This document shows positions 41,640-51,752 of a stretch of 64,000 nt of DNA, in pieces (the first letter of the stretch is position 1; each line of letters begins with the position of its first letter). The notes beneath the pieces were generated by a model that was not told where the DNA came from, made no database searches, and saw only the letters and a program-made list of their open reading frames with translations. Both the position numbers and the translations under genes were made by a program. The stretch is taken from positions 85,789 to 149,788 of the forward strand of contig CAVORB010000020.1 of NCBI GenBank assembly GCA_963698495.1, given 5' to 3'. This DNA is from an uncultured Gammaproteobacteria bacterium. GTDB lineage: Bacteria > Pseudomonadota > Gammaproteobacteria > Chromatiales > Chromatiaceae.

Positions 41640-43052
41640 TCATTGCACGGGCTCGGACGGGGGGCCGAGCCTTTCCCGAGCGCGGGCGACGGCTTCGCGC
41701 ACCTGGCGCGGGGCGGTGCCACCGAGGTGATCGCGGGCGGCTACCGAACCCTCCAGGGTGAGCACGCCGAACACGTCCTCACCGATGGCCGGCGAGAACC
41801 GCCTGAGCTCGTCCAGGGTCAGCTCGGCGAGGTCGCGGCCCTCCCGCACCCCGAGGGCGACCGCCTTGCCCACCATCTCGTGTGCGTCGCGGAAGGGAAC
41901 GCCCTTGCGCACCAGGTAGTCCGCGAGATCCGTGGCGGTGGCGAACCCCTGGCGGGCGGCGGCGCGCATGCGCCCGTGGTTGCAGGTGAGCCGCGCCATC
42001 ATCTCGGCGAAGACCTTGAGGGAGCCCTTGAGATTGTCGACGGTGTCGAACAGGGGCTCCTTGTCCTCCTGGTTGTCCTTGTTGTAGGCGAGAGGCTGGC
42101 CCTTCATCAGGGTCAGGAGGCCCATGAGATGCCCGAAGATGCGCCCGGTCTTGCCGCGCACCAGCTCCGGGACGTCGGGGTTCTTCTTCTGCGGCATGAT
42201 GGATGAGCCGGTGCAGAAGCCGTCGGACAGCTCGACGAAGCCGAACTGGGCGGAGGACCAGAGGATGAGCTCCTCGGAGAAGCGCGACAGGTGCATCATC
42301 AGGATCGCCGCGTCGGCGGTGAACTCGATCGCGAAGTCCCGATCCGAGACCGCGTCCAGGGAATTCTCAGCCGGGCGGTCGAAGCCCAGCAGCTCTGCGG
42401 TGTATTCGCGGTCGACGGGATAGGTCGTCCCCGCCAGCGCAGCGGCGCCGAGCGGCATGACGTTGACCCGCCGGCGGCAGTCGGCGAGCCGCTCCCGGTC
42501 GCGCTCCAGCATCTCGAACCAGGCCAGCATGTGATGGCCGAAGGTGACGGGCTGGGCGACCTGCAGATGGGTGAAGCCCGGGAGTATGGTCTCGGCCTCG
42601 CGCTCGGCCAGGTCGAGCAGGGCCGCTTGCAGGCGCGCGATCGCGGCGCGGATCGCATCGATCTCGTCGCGCAGGTACAGCCGCACGTCGGTGGCCACCT
42701 GGTCGTTGCGCGAGCGCCCGGTGTGGAGCTTCTTGCCGGCCTCGCCGATGTCCGCGGTCAGGGCCGACTCCAGGTTCATGTGCACGTCTTCGAGGGGAAT
42801 CGACCACTCGAAGTCGCCGGCCTCGATACGCTCGCGGATGCGGTTCAAGCCGGCGACGATGGCGTCGCGCTCGGCGTCGGTCAGGATGCCCTGCCGGGCG
42901 AGCATGGTCGCGTGGGCGATGGAGCCCTCGATGTCGTAGCGATAGAGCCGCCGATCGAACTCGACCGAGGCGGTGAAGGCCTCGACGAAGGCGTCCGTCG
43001 GCTCGTTGAAGCGCCCGGCCCAGGGCTTGGAGGAGGGGTTCTGCTCGTTCAT
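41640..43052 (-). CDS. argH: Argininosuccinate lyase
   Basis: [16 protein letters not shown] and [12 protein letters not shown] signature. Intact at 470 aa. Confidence 0.95.
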   Translation of the reverse strand: MNEQNPSSKPWAGRFNEPTDAFVEAFTASVEFDRRLYRYDIEGSIAHATMLARQGILTDAERDAIVAGLNRIRERIEAGDFEWSIPLEDVHMNLESALTADIGEAGKKLHTGRSRNDQVATDVRLYLRDEIDAIRAAIARLQAALLDLAEREAETILPGFTHLQVAQPVTFGHHMLAWFEMLERDRERLADCRRRVNVMPLGAAALAGTTYPVDREYTAELLGFDRPAENSLDAVSDRDFAIEFTADAAILMMHLSRFSEELILWSSAQFGFVELSDGFCTGSSIMPQKKNPDVPELVRGKTGRIFGHLMGLLTLMKGQPLAYNKDNQEDKEPLFDTVDNLKGSLKVFAEMMARLTCNHGRMRAAARQGFATATDLADYLVRKGVPFRDAHEMVGKAVALGVREGRDLAELTLDELRRFSPAIGEDVFGVLTLEGSVAARDHLGGTAPRQVREAVARARERLGPPSEPVQ

Positions 43053-43127
43053 CGCGGCCTGCGGGAAGTGGTAAATTCCGGGGCGAAACCGGTGATAATG
43101 ATCGCCCGAGGGATTTTACACGCTTCG

Positions 43128-44216
43128 ATGTCCCCACCCATGGAGCATTTGGATACCTTGTTGCCGGAACCGCCGGCGGAGCCCGAGGGGTTCCTGCCGG
43201 ACTTCTGCCGCATCCCCATGGTGTTCGGGGTGATGCTGACGGCGCAGCTGATCGCGATCGTGCTCGCGCTGGCCTCGCCGAGCCCGGTGTCCGAGTTCTG
43301 GGAGCGTCTGGGGCTGCTGTCGCTCTACATCCAGCTGATCGCACTGACCGGGGCCAGCCTCCTGTGCCTGCTGCGACGGCCCCTGCGGCGGCTGGACGAC
43401 CGCTCGGCGGCGGTGGCCGCCTGGCTCCTGCTGCTGGCAGTCACGGCCCTGGTGAGCTGGGCGGCCTACGAGCTCCTGCCGGTCGGGGACGGCTCGCCCT
43501 TCCCGCCCGACGGTCTCTTGGGGTTCCTCGCCCGCGGCCTGGGCATTTGCGCCGTGGTCGGCGCCCTGCTCCTGCGCTACCTGTATCTGCACTACTTGTG
43601 GCGCCGACAGGTGGAGGCGGAGGCGGACGCCCGCTTCCAGAAGCTGCAGGCACGGATTCGCCCGCACTTCCTGTTCAACAGCCTCAACACCATCGCCAAT
43701 CTGATTCACAAGGACGCCGATCTCGCCGAGGAGCTGCTCCAGGACCTGGCCGATCTCTTCCGGGCGGCCCTCGGCAAGGACGGCCAGACGACAACGCTCG
43801 CCGAGGAGATCTCCCTCTCGCACCACTATCTGAACATCGAGAAGCAGCGCCTCGGGGAGCGCCTGCGGGTGGAGTGGGACGTCGACGAGCTCCCTGGCGA
43901 CGCCATGCTCCCGCCGCTGATCCTCCAGCCCTTGGTGGAGAACGCCGTGTATCACGGCATCCAGCCGTCGCGCGCGCCCGGCCTGATCAGCATCGGCGGT
44001 CGCTACCGTCGCGGCCAGGTGAACCTCTCCATCCGCAACACGCTGCCGGGCGATCCAGGGCGCGAGCGCCACTCGGGCGGCAACCGCGTGGCCCTCGAGA
44101 ACGTGCGCCAGCGGCTCGCGGCCATGTACCCCGGGGCGGGCCGCGTGGTCCAGGCGCGCGTCGAGGGCGACTACCAGGTGCGGCTCGTGTTTCCCTACCC
44201 CTGGAAAGAGCATTGA
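43128..44216 (+). CDS. algZ: LytS-family sensor histidine kinase (AlgZ/FimS-like)
   Basis: N-terminal TM helices, then IRPHFLFNSLNTIANLI and LQPLVENAVYHG. Divergent from argH, as in pseudomonads. Confidence 0.8.
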   Translation: MSPPMEHLDTLLPEPPAEPEGFLPDFCRIPMVFGVMLTAQLIAIVLALASPSPVSEFWERLGLLSLYIQLIALTGASLLCLLRRPLRRLDDRSAAVAAWLLLLAVTALVSWAAYELLPVGDGSPFPPDGLLGFLARGLGICAVVGALLLRYLYLHYLWRRQVEAEADARFQKLQARIRPHFLFNSLNTIANLIHKDADLAEELLQDLADLFRAALGKDGQTTTLAEEISLSHHYLNIEKQRLGERLRVEWDVDELPGDAMLPPLILQPLVENAVYHGIQPSRAPGLISIGGRYRRGQVNLSIRNTLPGDPGRERHSGGNRVALENVRQRLAAMYPGAGRVVQARVEGDYQVRLVFPYPWKEH

Positions 44217-44987
44217 GAATCCTGATCGCCGACGACGAGGCCCCGGCGCGGGAACGCCTGCGCAGATTGCTCATCAGAGCTGGGTTACGAGCAGGAGATC
44301 GCGGGGGAGGCGGCGGACGGCGAGGAGGCCCTGGCCGCCTGCGCCGCCGGCGAGATCGACCTGGTGCTGCTCGACATCCGAATGCCGGGCATGGACGGGC
44401 TGCAGACCGCGGGCCGCCTGGCGATGCTCGACCCGCCCCCGGCGGTGATCCTGGTCACGGCCTACGGCGAGTACGCCCTGCGCGCCTTCGAGCACCGAGT
44501 CGCCGACTACCTGGTCAAGCCGGTGCGCCGCGAGCGGCTGCAGGAGGCCTTGCGGCGGGTGCAGGTGCCGAGCCGGCCGCAGCGCGTCACCCTCGGCGCC
44601 CCGCTCGCCTCCGATCCCAATCGGCGCCGCCACTTCACGGCGCACTACCGGGGCGGGCTGCGGACCGTCCCCATCGAGGACGTGATCTATCTGCAGGCGG
44701 ACCAGAAATACGTCACCGTGCGGCATCGCGGGGGCAGCATCCTGGTCGACGAATCGCTGAAGGCCCTGGAGGACGAGCTCGGCGACCTGTTCGTTCGCAT
44801 CCACCGCAACGCCCTGGTGGCGCGGAGTTACCTGCTGGGGCTGGAGAAGGCGGCGGACGGCAGCAGCCTGGCGCGGCTTCGCGGCTGCGACGAGCGGCTC
44901 GCCATCAGCCGGCGCCACCTCACCGACGTCAGACGCTGGCTGCGGCAAGGGACGCTGGATTCACAAGGCTTGCGGAACCCTACCTGA
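44213..44987 (+). pseudogene. algR: LytTR-family response regulator (AlgR-like) with a frameshift near 44270-44276
   Basis: The TTG start overlaps the algZ stop (TTGA). RILIADDEAPARERLRRLL is in frame 2. ELGYEQEIAGEAADGEEAL...LLDIRMPGMDG...LytTR (IYLQADQKYVTVR) is in frame 0. Confidence 0.8.
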
Positions 44988-45061
44988 GCAAGAGAACCTT
45001 CAGATGCCTCGATCCGCCTCTCCTCCGGGCGGAAAGACGAGTGCAGCGCCAGACCAGGGCA

Positions 45062-47005
45062 CTACCAGGACCCGCCTCCCCCTCCTCCGCCCCCGCCCCC
45101 GGAAAACCCGCCGCCACCGGAGCTGCCGCCGCTCTTGGACGGCGCTGAGGAGGAAACGCCGCTGCTGGCCAAGCGGTTGATGTCGCGCCCGAGATGATCG
45201 AAGCTCCCCCCCTCGTACCACACAGGCATCGTCACCAGTCCGTCGAACCGGCTCGACCAAGCCGCGACCAAGCCGAACAGGGCGGCATAGGGCAGCGTGC
45301 GCTCGAAGTACTCGGGGTCCTCCTGCAGTAACAATCGGAGCCGGGGCTCCTCGGCCCGCTGCATGAATTTCCTGAATCCGAGCAGCTCGCTCTGCGTTCG
45401 CGCACCGAGCAGGGTGCGCCGGGGCATCTGCCAGGCGAACATCAGCAGGCCGATCACCAATAGGCTGGTGGGAACCAAGGGTTCGGCGAGGATCGCTCCC
45501 CAGCCCGGAAAGGAGAGGTCGAGCAGGGACGAGAAGACCGGCAGTACCTGGCTGAAAATCGCCGCTGCGACCACCGCTGGCAGCACAAGCCGCAATCCGC
45601 CGCCTCTGCCGGCACGAAAGACGCGGGACCCGGAAACGGCGACGATGACAACGAAGATCAGGGCGGCAACGGCGAGGAACCTGATTTCGGGCGCAAGGGA
45701 TGAGCGCCAGAACGCCAGCCCCAGAAACAGCGCCCCCAGAAAGGCCGCTCCCACCAGGTACTTGATGCGTACCGTCCTGGGATTCTCGGGGAACAGGCCA
45801 TGCTCCACGCCGCGTTCGTGAATGCGCGCCTTTGCCTGGTCGAGCCACCGCGTGCGCTCGGCAACGACCGAGGCGCTCTCCACGCTGCCGGGGGAGAAAC
45901 GGTCCCCGCGACAGAAGAAGCTCTCCAGCAGATAGCGCTTGTACGGCGGAAGCTCGCTCCAGTCCCGCCGCGGGCGGAGTCTCACCAGCACGACCCGGCC
46001 GCCCTTGATCAGTTTCGAGATGATCCCCTCCTCCTGGGGGTGCTCGACCTTGATCCAGCCGTCACGGGCGAGCTCGATGACGGTTCCGGTGAGGTCGGGG
46101 TCGTCCAGGGACTGATCGATCAGCAACCCGGCCTCGGCCGCCTCCAGGTCCCTCGGCGGCTGGTAGCGCACCACGACGGGACCGGTGGCGGGGTCGCGGC
46201 CGATTCGGTTCCAGTGCCTCCAGGCAAGGAAGAGCCCGAGCACCATCAGCGGCCAGGCCCAGAGGTGAGGAAGCGCCTGCCCGAAGGCCGCCGCGCCCGT
46301 CGGATGAGCGGTCGCGGGGATCGCGCCGACCGGAAAGCTGGCCTCAACCGTCACGCCCTCGTGCGGGGCGAGCGGTCCGGCCGTGACGGTGAAAACCCCC
46401 TCATCTGGATTCCACTCGGAGCGGCCCCTGCGATCGGTTGACCCCCAAGGCCCGGTGTAAAAGCCGCTCTGGAGGTCGGGATGGCCCTGCAATTCCTCGG
46501 GCAGCCGCAGCCGGACCTCGGCCGCCTGGATAGGAACGGCCCACCCGGTGCCGATCGCGTTCCAGCGGAAAGCGTCCCGCTCCCCCGCGGGAAGCAGAGC
46601 ATCCATTACCTGATAGCGGATCTCGTACCTATGCCGACCCGAGATGGTAAGGCCCGGATCACCGATGCGCAGCCGCAGCATCGGCCCCGCGTCGCCGTGC
46701 ACGGACTCCTCCGCCCATCGCGCCGCTTGGCGATCCTGCTCGATGCTGATTCCGCTGATGTTCAGCGTCCGCCGCCCGCCCCAGGGGGCGGGGACGGTCA
46801 TCGGGATGTCCCGGTAGATACCGTGGCGGTGGAGGTCGCCAAAATCGTAATCGATCCGCTCCTCGACCAGCAGCGAGCCGTCGGCACCCGCCACCAGCGA
46901 CGCGCGGTAGTCGCGGATCTCCTCACCCTGAACAAGAGTGGCGGTCCAGCCGAGAATCAAGAGGGCAAGCAGGCGCTTCCCCCGCCTGCCCAGGCCCGGC
47001 TTCAC
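45062..47005 (-). CDS. DUF2207-family membrane protein with poly-Gly C-terminal tail
   Basis: The GTG start overlaps the lemA stop (TAGTG). It has a signal/TM, an extracytoplasmic domain, three C-terminal TMs, and ends in GGSSGGGGFSGGGGGGGGGGSW. Confidence 0.8.
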   Translation of the reverse strand: MKPGLGRRGKRLLALLILGWTATLVQGEEIRDYRASLVAGADGSLLVEERIDYDFGDLHRHGIYRDIPMTVPAPWGGRRTLNISGISIEQDRQAARWAEESVHGDAGPMLRLRIGDPGLTISGRHRYEIRYQVMDALLPAGERDAFRWNAIGTGWAVPIQAAEVRLRLPEELQGHPDLQSGFYTGPWGSTDRRGRSEWNPDEGVFTVTAGPLAPHEGVTVEASFPVGAIPATAHPTGAAAFGQALPHLWAWPLMVLGLFLAWRHWNRIGRDPATGPVVVRYQPPRDLEAAEAGLLIDQSLDDPDLTGTVIELARDGWIKVEHPQEEGIISKLIKGGRVVLVRLRPRRDWSELPPYKRYLLESFFCRGDRFSPGSVESASVVAERTRWLDQAKARIHERGVEHGLFPENPRTVRIKYLVGAAFLGALFLGLAFWRSSLAPEIRFLAVAALIFVVIVAVSGSRVFRAGRGGGLRLVLPAVVAAAIFSQVLPVFSSLLDLSFPGWGAILAEPLVPTSLLVIGLLMFAWQMPRRTLLGARTQSELLGFRKFMQRAEEPRLRLLLQEDPEYFERTLPYAALFGLVAAWSSRFDGLVTMPVWYEGGSFDHLGRDINRLASSGVSSSAPSKSGGSSGGGGFSGGGGGGGGGGSW

Positions 47006-47556
47006 TAGAACTTCACCCGCGGCGCGGCGCGTTCTCCCGCGTCCTCCAGCTCGAAGTACTCCCGGGTCCCGAAGGAGAACAGCCGGGCAACCGCCATGTC
47101 GGGAAAGGAATCGACCCTGGTGTTGTAGTCGCGGATGACGGCGTTGTAGTAACGGCGCGCGTTCTGGATGGCATCCTCGATCTCGGAAAGCTGTGTCTTC
47201 AGCTCCAGGAAGTTGGCGCTGGCCTTGAGGTCCGGATAGGCCTCGGCGAGCGCGAAGATCTGCCGCAGCGCGGCGGTCAGGGACGATTCCGCTACTTCCT
47301 GCTCGTGGACGGTGGAGGCGTCGATCCCCAATTGCCGGGCCTCGACCACCCGCTCCAGGGTCTCTTTCTCGTGGGTTGCGTATCCCTTGACCGTCTCGAC
47401 CAGGTTGGGGATCAGGTTGTGGCGCCGCTTGAGCTGAACGTCGATGTCGGACCAGGAGGAATCGCCCTGTGCCCGCAGCGAGACGAAGCTGTTGTAGATG
47501 ACGATCGCCCAGAACAGGACGATGCCGAGGATACCCGCGATGATCCAACCTTCCAT
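47005..47556 (-). CDS. lemA: LemA family protein
   Basis: N-terminal TM, then QLKRRHNLIPNLVETVKGYATHEKETLERVVEAR and NARRYYNAVIRDYNTRVDSFP. Confidence 0.9.
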   Translation of the reverse strand: MEGWIIAGILGIVLFWAIVIYNSFVSLRAQGDSSWSDIDVQLKRRHNLIPNLVETVKGYATHEKETLERVVEARQLGIDASTVHEQEVAESSLTAALRQIFALAEAYPDLKASANFLELKTQLSEIEDAIQNARRYYNAVIRDYNTRVDSFPDMAVARLFSFGTREYFELEDAGERAAPRVKF

Positions 47557-47927
47557 TGCCTGCCTCCGCCTGTGATGGGAAGACGATCTTAGGCTGACCC
47601 GGTGCTGCAAAGCCGAGATCGCCCCGTGGTGCTCGTGCCGCAAGCCTGGCGGCAACCCGCGCAGGGCCGATCCTGATGACACCGGATTGCCACAGACTGG
47701 TCAAGGCGTTCCGTAGCACTTTGGGGAAACAGCCGCGAGATCCTTGGCCGCCGTGCTGCCCCGCACACCCCAGGCCTAAGATGCCCGGGTCGCCGTCACG
47801 CCATTTTCAGAATATGAAAAAATACCTTGCGTATTTTAGAATCTTCTAATATTGTGTGCCCCACGAGATCGCAAACAACAACGCTCTCGCTTGCTGTTCC
47901 CAACTAAATCCAATTCGGAGAATCTTA

Positions 47928-48287
47928 ATGAAAAAGCTCGCTACTGCTGCCGCTATCGCCGCTCTGCTCGGTGCTTCCGCTTCCGCTTCCGCCTTCTGGG
48001 GCGGTGGTCCTTGGGGTGGTGGTCCTGGTTACGGCTCCGGCGCCAACGACTGGTGGAATGACATGATGGGCGACGGGTACGGTGACTTCAATATGAGCAT
48101 GTCCGGCGGCGGACGTGGCTACGGCCGCGGCTACAACCGCTGGAACGACTACTACGGCTACGGTCCGTATGGCTACGGCGGCCCCTACGGCTACGGTGCT
48201 CCTTACGGCGGCGGCTACCCCTACGCGGCGCCCTACGGCGCTCCGGTCGCCCCGCCGGCTGCCCCGGCCCCTGCGGCCACCAAGTAA
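47928..48287 (+). CDS. Sulfur-globule-protein-like secreted Gly/Tyr-rich structural protein
   Basis: SD GGAG, Sec signal [22 protein letters not shown] and mature part [13 protein letters not shown]...[20 protein letters not shown]...[19 protein letters not shown]...[10 protein letters not shown]. It resembles the SgpA/SgpB type of Chromatiaceae as I recall them. Confidence 0.6.
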   Translation: MKKLATAAAIAALLGASASASAFWGGGPWGGGPGYGSGANDWWNDMMGDGYGDFNMSMSGGGRGYGRGYNRWNDYYGYGPYGYGGPYGYGAPYGGGYPYAAPYGAPVAPPAAPAPAATK

Positions 48288-50165
48288 GGACTTCCTACAT
48301 ATCTAGACGCGGGCTCATGCACATGGAGGTGCATACTCGCGCAGGCTTCGCCAGGCGCATCTGATCGCACGATTGTTGCGCCGAAGCCTGGCCCCTCTGG
48401 CGTCGGGGGGAGGTTGTGAGCGGCAAGCAGTATCGCAGTAGCGAGCTCCTTCCTTCGACGCCACCCATCTCCCTCTTGCTACTTCGCGCATCTTCCAAGC
48501 AGCGAAAGGAGATGATGCTTTCATCCCATCAGCATCGCTGATCTCGCCGTTCCCCTAGACTTCCCCCAAGTCCCCGTGAGCTTCGCGGAGCGCCGTGCCT
48601 GTCGTAACGGGCGTGCGGCCCGTCGGCCATTGCCAGAACGCATTCAAAGGGCTCGCTCGATCTGTGCTCGAGCAGAAGCGGAGGTCGAAGACCAGCGAGC
48701 AGGGCACGGCATGCGCCTCCGTGGCCCGCATGCCGCCGTCTTGTTTTGTGACCCCGATCGCTCAAGCCTCAGCCGGGTAAGCACGTCCTTCCGGTTTCGT
48801 GGACGGGATCAATATTTCCCGACTCCGTTGCTGCCGATACTGAGGTGCGGGATGCCCCAGCCTCGTATGGCGTCCGCGAACCGAGAGACCGGTCATGTAC
48901 CCTCAGCTCGTCATCGCACTCTACGGTCAGTATCTCGCGGCCATGTATGCCGCCTCCCTATTCAATCCAGCCAACTACTTCCCGGATCTGTATCTCGTGC
49001 CAGCTTGTCCGCGGCCGCTCCCGGAACGCGCAAAGGTTCTGAGCTTGCAAAAACCGGATGCGGCACGCCCACTCGCTGCGCAGGATACCGCGCTCTCACT
49101 TGGGCGCGGGCGGGCAAAGTCAGGGTGTACCAAAGGCCGGAAGCCTGCGCCGGTGCCCGCCAGCAACCGCTCAGGCATCGAGCTTCGCCGTTAGCGGGTT
49201 AGAGATCTCCGGAAGACCCGCGACGTTGCCGCCACCGCGCTACTTGGCGAGCGGTGGTGGCGACGACCCTGAGACGCCGTCCGATGTGCCGGTTGGCGTG
49301 AGGGAGGGAGTCCAACGACTTGGTACGTAAACCCCGTGTCGGGGTTCGCAAGCTTGCCCCGACTTCCTGACTTGTTTGACCTGTACCGCCACTCTGTCCG
49401 CACACGCATCGGCCATGACCAGCCCTTCGGAGATACGCCGGGGACGTCCGGCGTCTCCCGATCGCTGACATTTGTCGAGACATCTAAAGCCGATCCGCCA
49501 TCTCAAAGGCCCCGCGCGTTTCAACGGCGACGCGGCGAGCTCGCCGGCGCGCGCGTCGAAGTCTCCGCACAGTATTCCTCTCGCAGTCGGAGCTATTCTG
49601 TAAGCCTTCCAACGGTAGGATCCCCACACTACGGCCAAGAGTGACGGTGTGGCGCACTCCCTGTACTCTCGGTCGGGCACCCGATGCGCCTACCCAACAA
49701 AACCTTTCAAAGCCGCGGGCTCCGAACCAGAGCCGCGGCCATTCTCCAGGCCTTCCCCGGCGGGGACGCTTCAGACTGCGCCCCCTTCTACGCTCCAGCA
49801 ACGAGACATCGAGCCGTCCGTCACAGGCGCCACGGCCCCATCGCCGAGGCGCCCGGTCGGGTCCTCCGTACCGGAGGTTCGCGGCCCTCGTTCGGCCCAC
49901 GGTAAGGCGGGAGGGGGCAGACAACTGTCGTCCATTGGCGACGATGTCCGGCTGCACGCCCCACGTTTTGGGAAGCGCGTCACAAGATCCGACGATTCTG
50001 ACGGCTTTCGCGCAGGTCAATGGGGTCCAACGGGCTGGCGGCTCGGGTAATTCGGCTTTGCGCTCCCCAACTCGACGATGACCGGGTTCCGGTCCGGGAT
50101 TTGCACAACGCAGGACAAAGCCACCCGACAATCAACAGCGCGAGGACCCGTTTGGGACTGCGACG

Positions 50166-50387
50166 ATGTTCGACTTGACTGAACTCGACAGCCTGATCGC
50201 CTATGAGGACCTCCAGCGCGCTGGCTACCCCCTAGAGGCTGAGGACGCCCTTGCTGCCTGGGCGCAGGGCGAGGTGTACAGACCCGCGCGGTACATGGAG
50301 TTGCCTGACAGCATCCGGCACAAGATTGCGATGGCGAATTGGCAAACGCTCCGGGGAGACGCGAGAGATGCGCATCCTGATCGTTGA
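50166..50387 (+). CDS. Small hypothetical protein
   Basis: 73-aa ATG ORF overlapping the next gene by 20 nt. No family recognised. Confidence 0.3.
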   Translation: MFDLTELDSLIAYEDLQRAGYPLEAEDALAAWAQGEVYRPARYMELPDSIRHKIAMANWQTLRGDARDAHPDR

Positions 50388-51426
50388 CGACTCCGCAGAA
50401 TTCCGCGCGCTGGTCGTTCGTTTCCTGCGCGATGGCGGATTCGACGACATTGCAGAGGAGGCCTCCGCCGAGGAGGCATTTGACCGTATCGGGCTGATGA
50501 ACCCGGATGGTAGCTTGCCGGCGCCCGTTGACCTGATCCTGCTGGACATCGATCTACCTGGCGCCAGTGGCATCGATGCCTGCCGCCGCATCAAGGGCGA
50601 TGAGCGCTTCCGCGACGTGCCGATCCTCATGGTGACGGCCAATACCGACATGGCGCTGCTTCAACAGTCGTTCGAAGCCGGCGCGAGCGACTACATCACC
50701 AAGCCGATTCGCCGCGGGGAACTGCTGGCGCGCCTGAAATCCGCGGGCCGGGTGAAACTGGAGTTGGAGCGGCGCAAGGCGAGAGAGCGCGAGATCCTCG
50801 GTGAGAAGCGACTACTTGAGCGCGCCAATCGGCAACTCGAACGCCTCGCAAGCGCAGATGCGCTCACCGGGGTTGCCAACCGACTCCGCTTCGAGGAGGT
50901 ATACAAGCGCGAATGGGCCCGAGCGCAGCGTACATGCAGTGCACTCTCACTCGCCCTGGTCGATATCGACGAGCTCAAGTCCTACAACGATACCTATGGT
51001 CACATACGCGGCGACGCCTGCCTGACGGCGGTGGCGCGAGTCTTGGAATCGACAGCACGGCGCGGCTCGGACCTTGTCGCCCGTTACGGAGGTGATGAGT
51101 TCGCCGTCATCCTGCCCGGCTTCGACGAGGACAGGGCGATGGATATGGCGCGGCGCTTGCACCGATCGGTAGCGCAGTTGCAGATCGAGCACGAGGCGTT
51201 AGCGGCCGCAGACTGCGTTACCGTTAGTATTGGCATTTCCACGACGACACCTTCCCCAAACCAAACGCCAACGAGTCTCATCGCTCAGGCCGACAAGGCA
51301 CTGTACCGGTCGAAAATGACCGGGAGAAACCGCGTGACGCATGCGCGGGACATCCTTCTGCACACCAGCACCCGCGTTCGACAGGAGATCGTGGCGGGCT
51401 GCACAGAAACGAGAACCTATGTCTGA
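50368..51426 (+). CDS. Response-regulator receiver / GGDEF diguanylate cyclase
   Basis: Canonical REC (ILIVDDS, LILLDIDLPG, ITKP). GGDEF motif RYGGDEFAVIL preceded by I-site RGSD. Confidence 0.9.
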   Translation: MRILIVDDSAEFRALVVRFLRDGGFDDIAEEASAEEAFDRIGLMNPDGSLPAPVDLILLDIDLPGASGIDACRRIKGDERFRDVPILMVTANTDMALLQQSFEAGASDYITKPIRRGELLARLKSAGRVKLELERRKAREREILGEKRLLERANRQLERLASADALTGVANRLRFEEVYKREWARAQRTCSALSLALVDIDELKSYNDTYGHIRGDACLTAVARVLESTARRGSDLVARYGGDEFAVILPGFDEDRAMDMARRLHRSVAQLQIEHEALAAADCVTVSIGISTTTPSPNQTPTSLIAQADKALYRSKMTGRNRVTHARDILLHTSTRVRQEIVAGCTETRTYV

Positions 51427-51752
51427 TGTGGATTCCAGCCCCGATTTACGCAAGCCTCCCTTATGCTTACATCCTGGTGGGGAGCGTCGCCGCCGTATCC
51501 GTCAACAATCTGCTCGCATGGATTTCGGGTGGCTTCTTGATCGCCGTCGGGTCCTTGATCTGGCTCACGCGCCGGAGCAATCGCGCGTAGAGTTGCGCGC
51601 CGTCGCATCGAGCGACACACGCCCTCTTGGGCGCCCGTCTGCGAACAAGGCTGAACCGGTACCTGCGGCAAAAATATCCTCCCGCGGAACACGGCCCCGT
51701 GCGCCCGCAGAGGATTGCTCTCCTGCTGGCCACCCCTGGCGCCACTCTTGCC

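Noticed and set aside
45062-47719. 885-aa ORF suggesting a giant protein
   Set aside because: The N-terminal about 238 codons overlap lemA in another frame and are Arg/Pro-rich. The real DUF2207 gene starts at the GTG at 47005, overlapping the lemA stop.
48843-50165. GTGCG at about 48846 as the 5' end of a group II intron, or a retron/RT element in the ORF-poor region
   Set aside because: I found no domain V-like hairpin and no RT motifs (e.g. YADD) in any frame, even allowing frameshifts.
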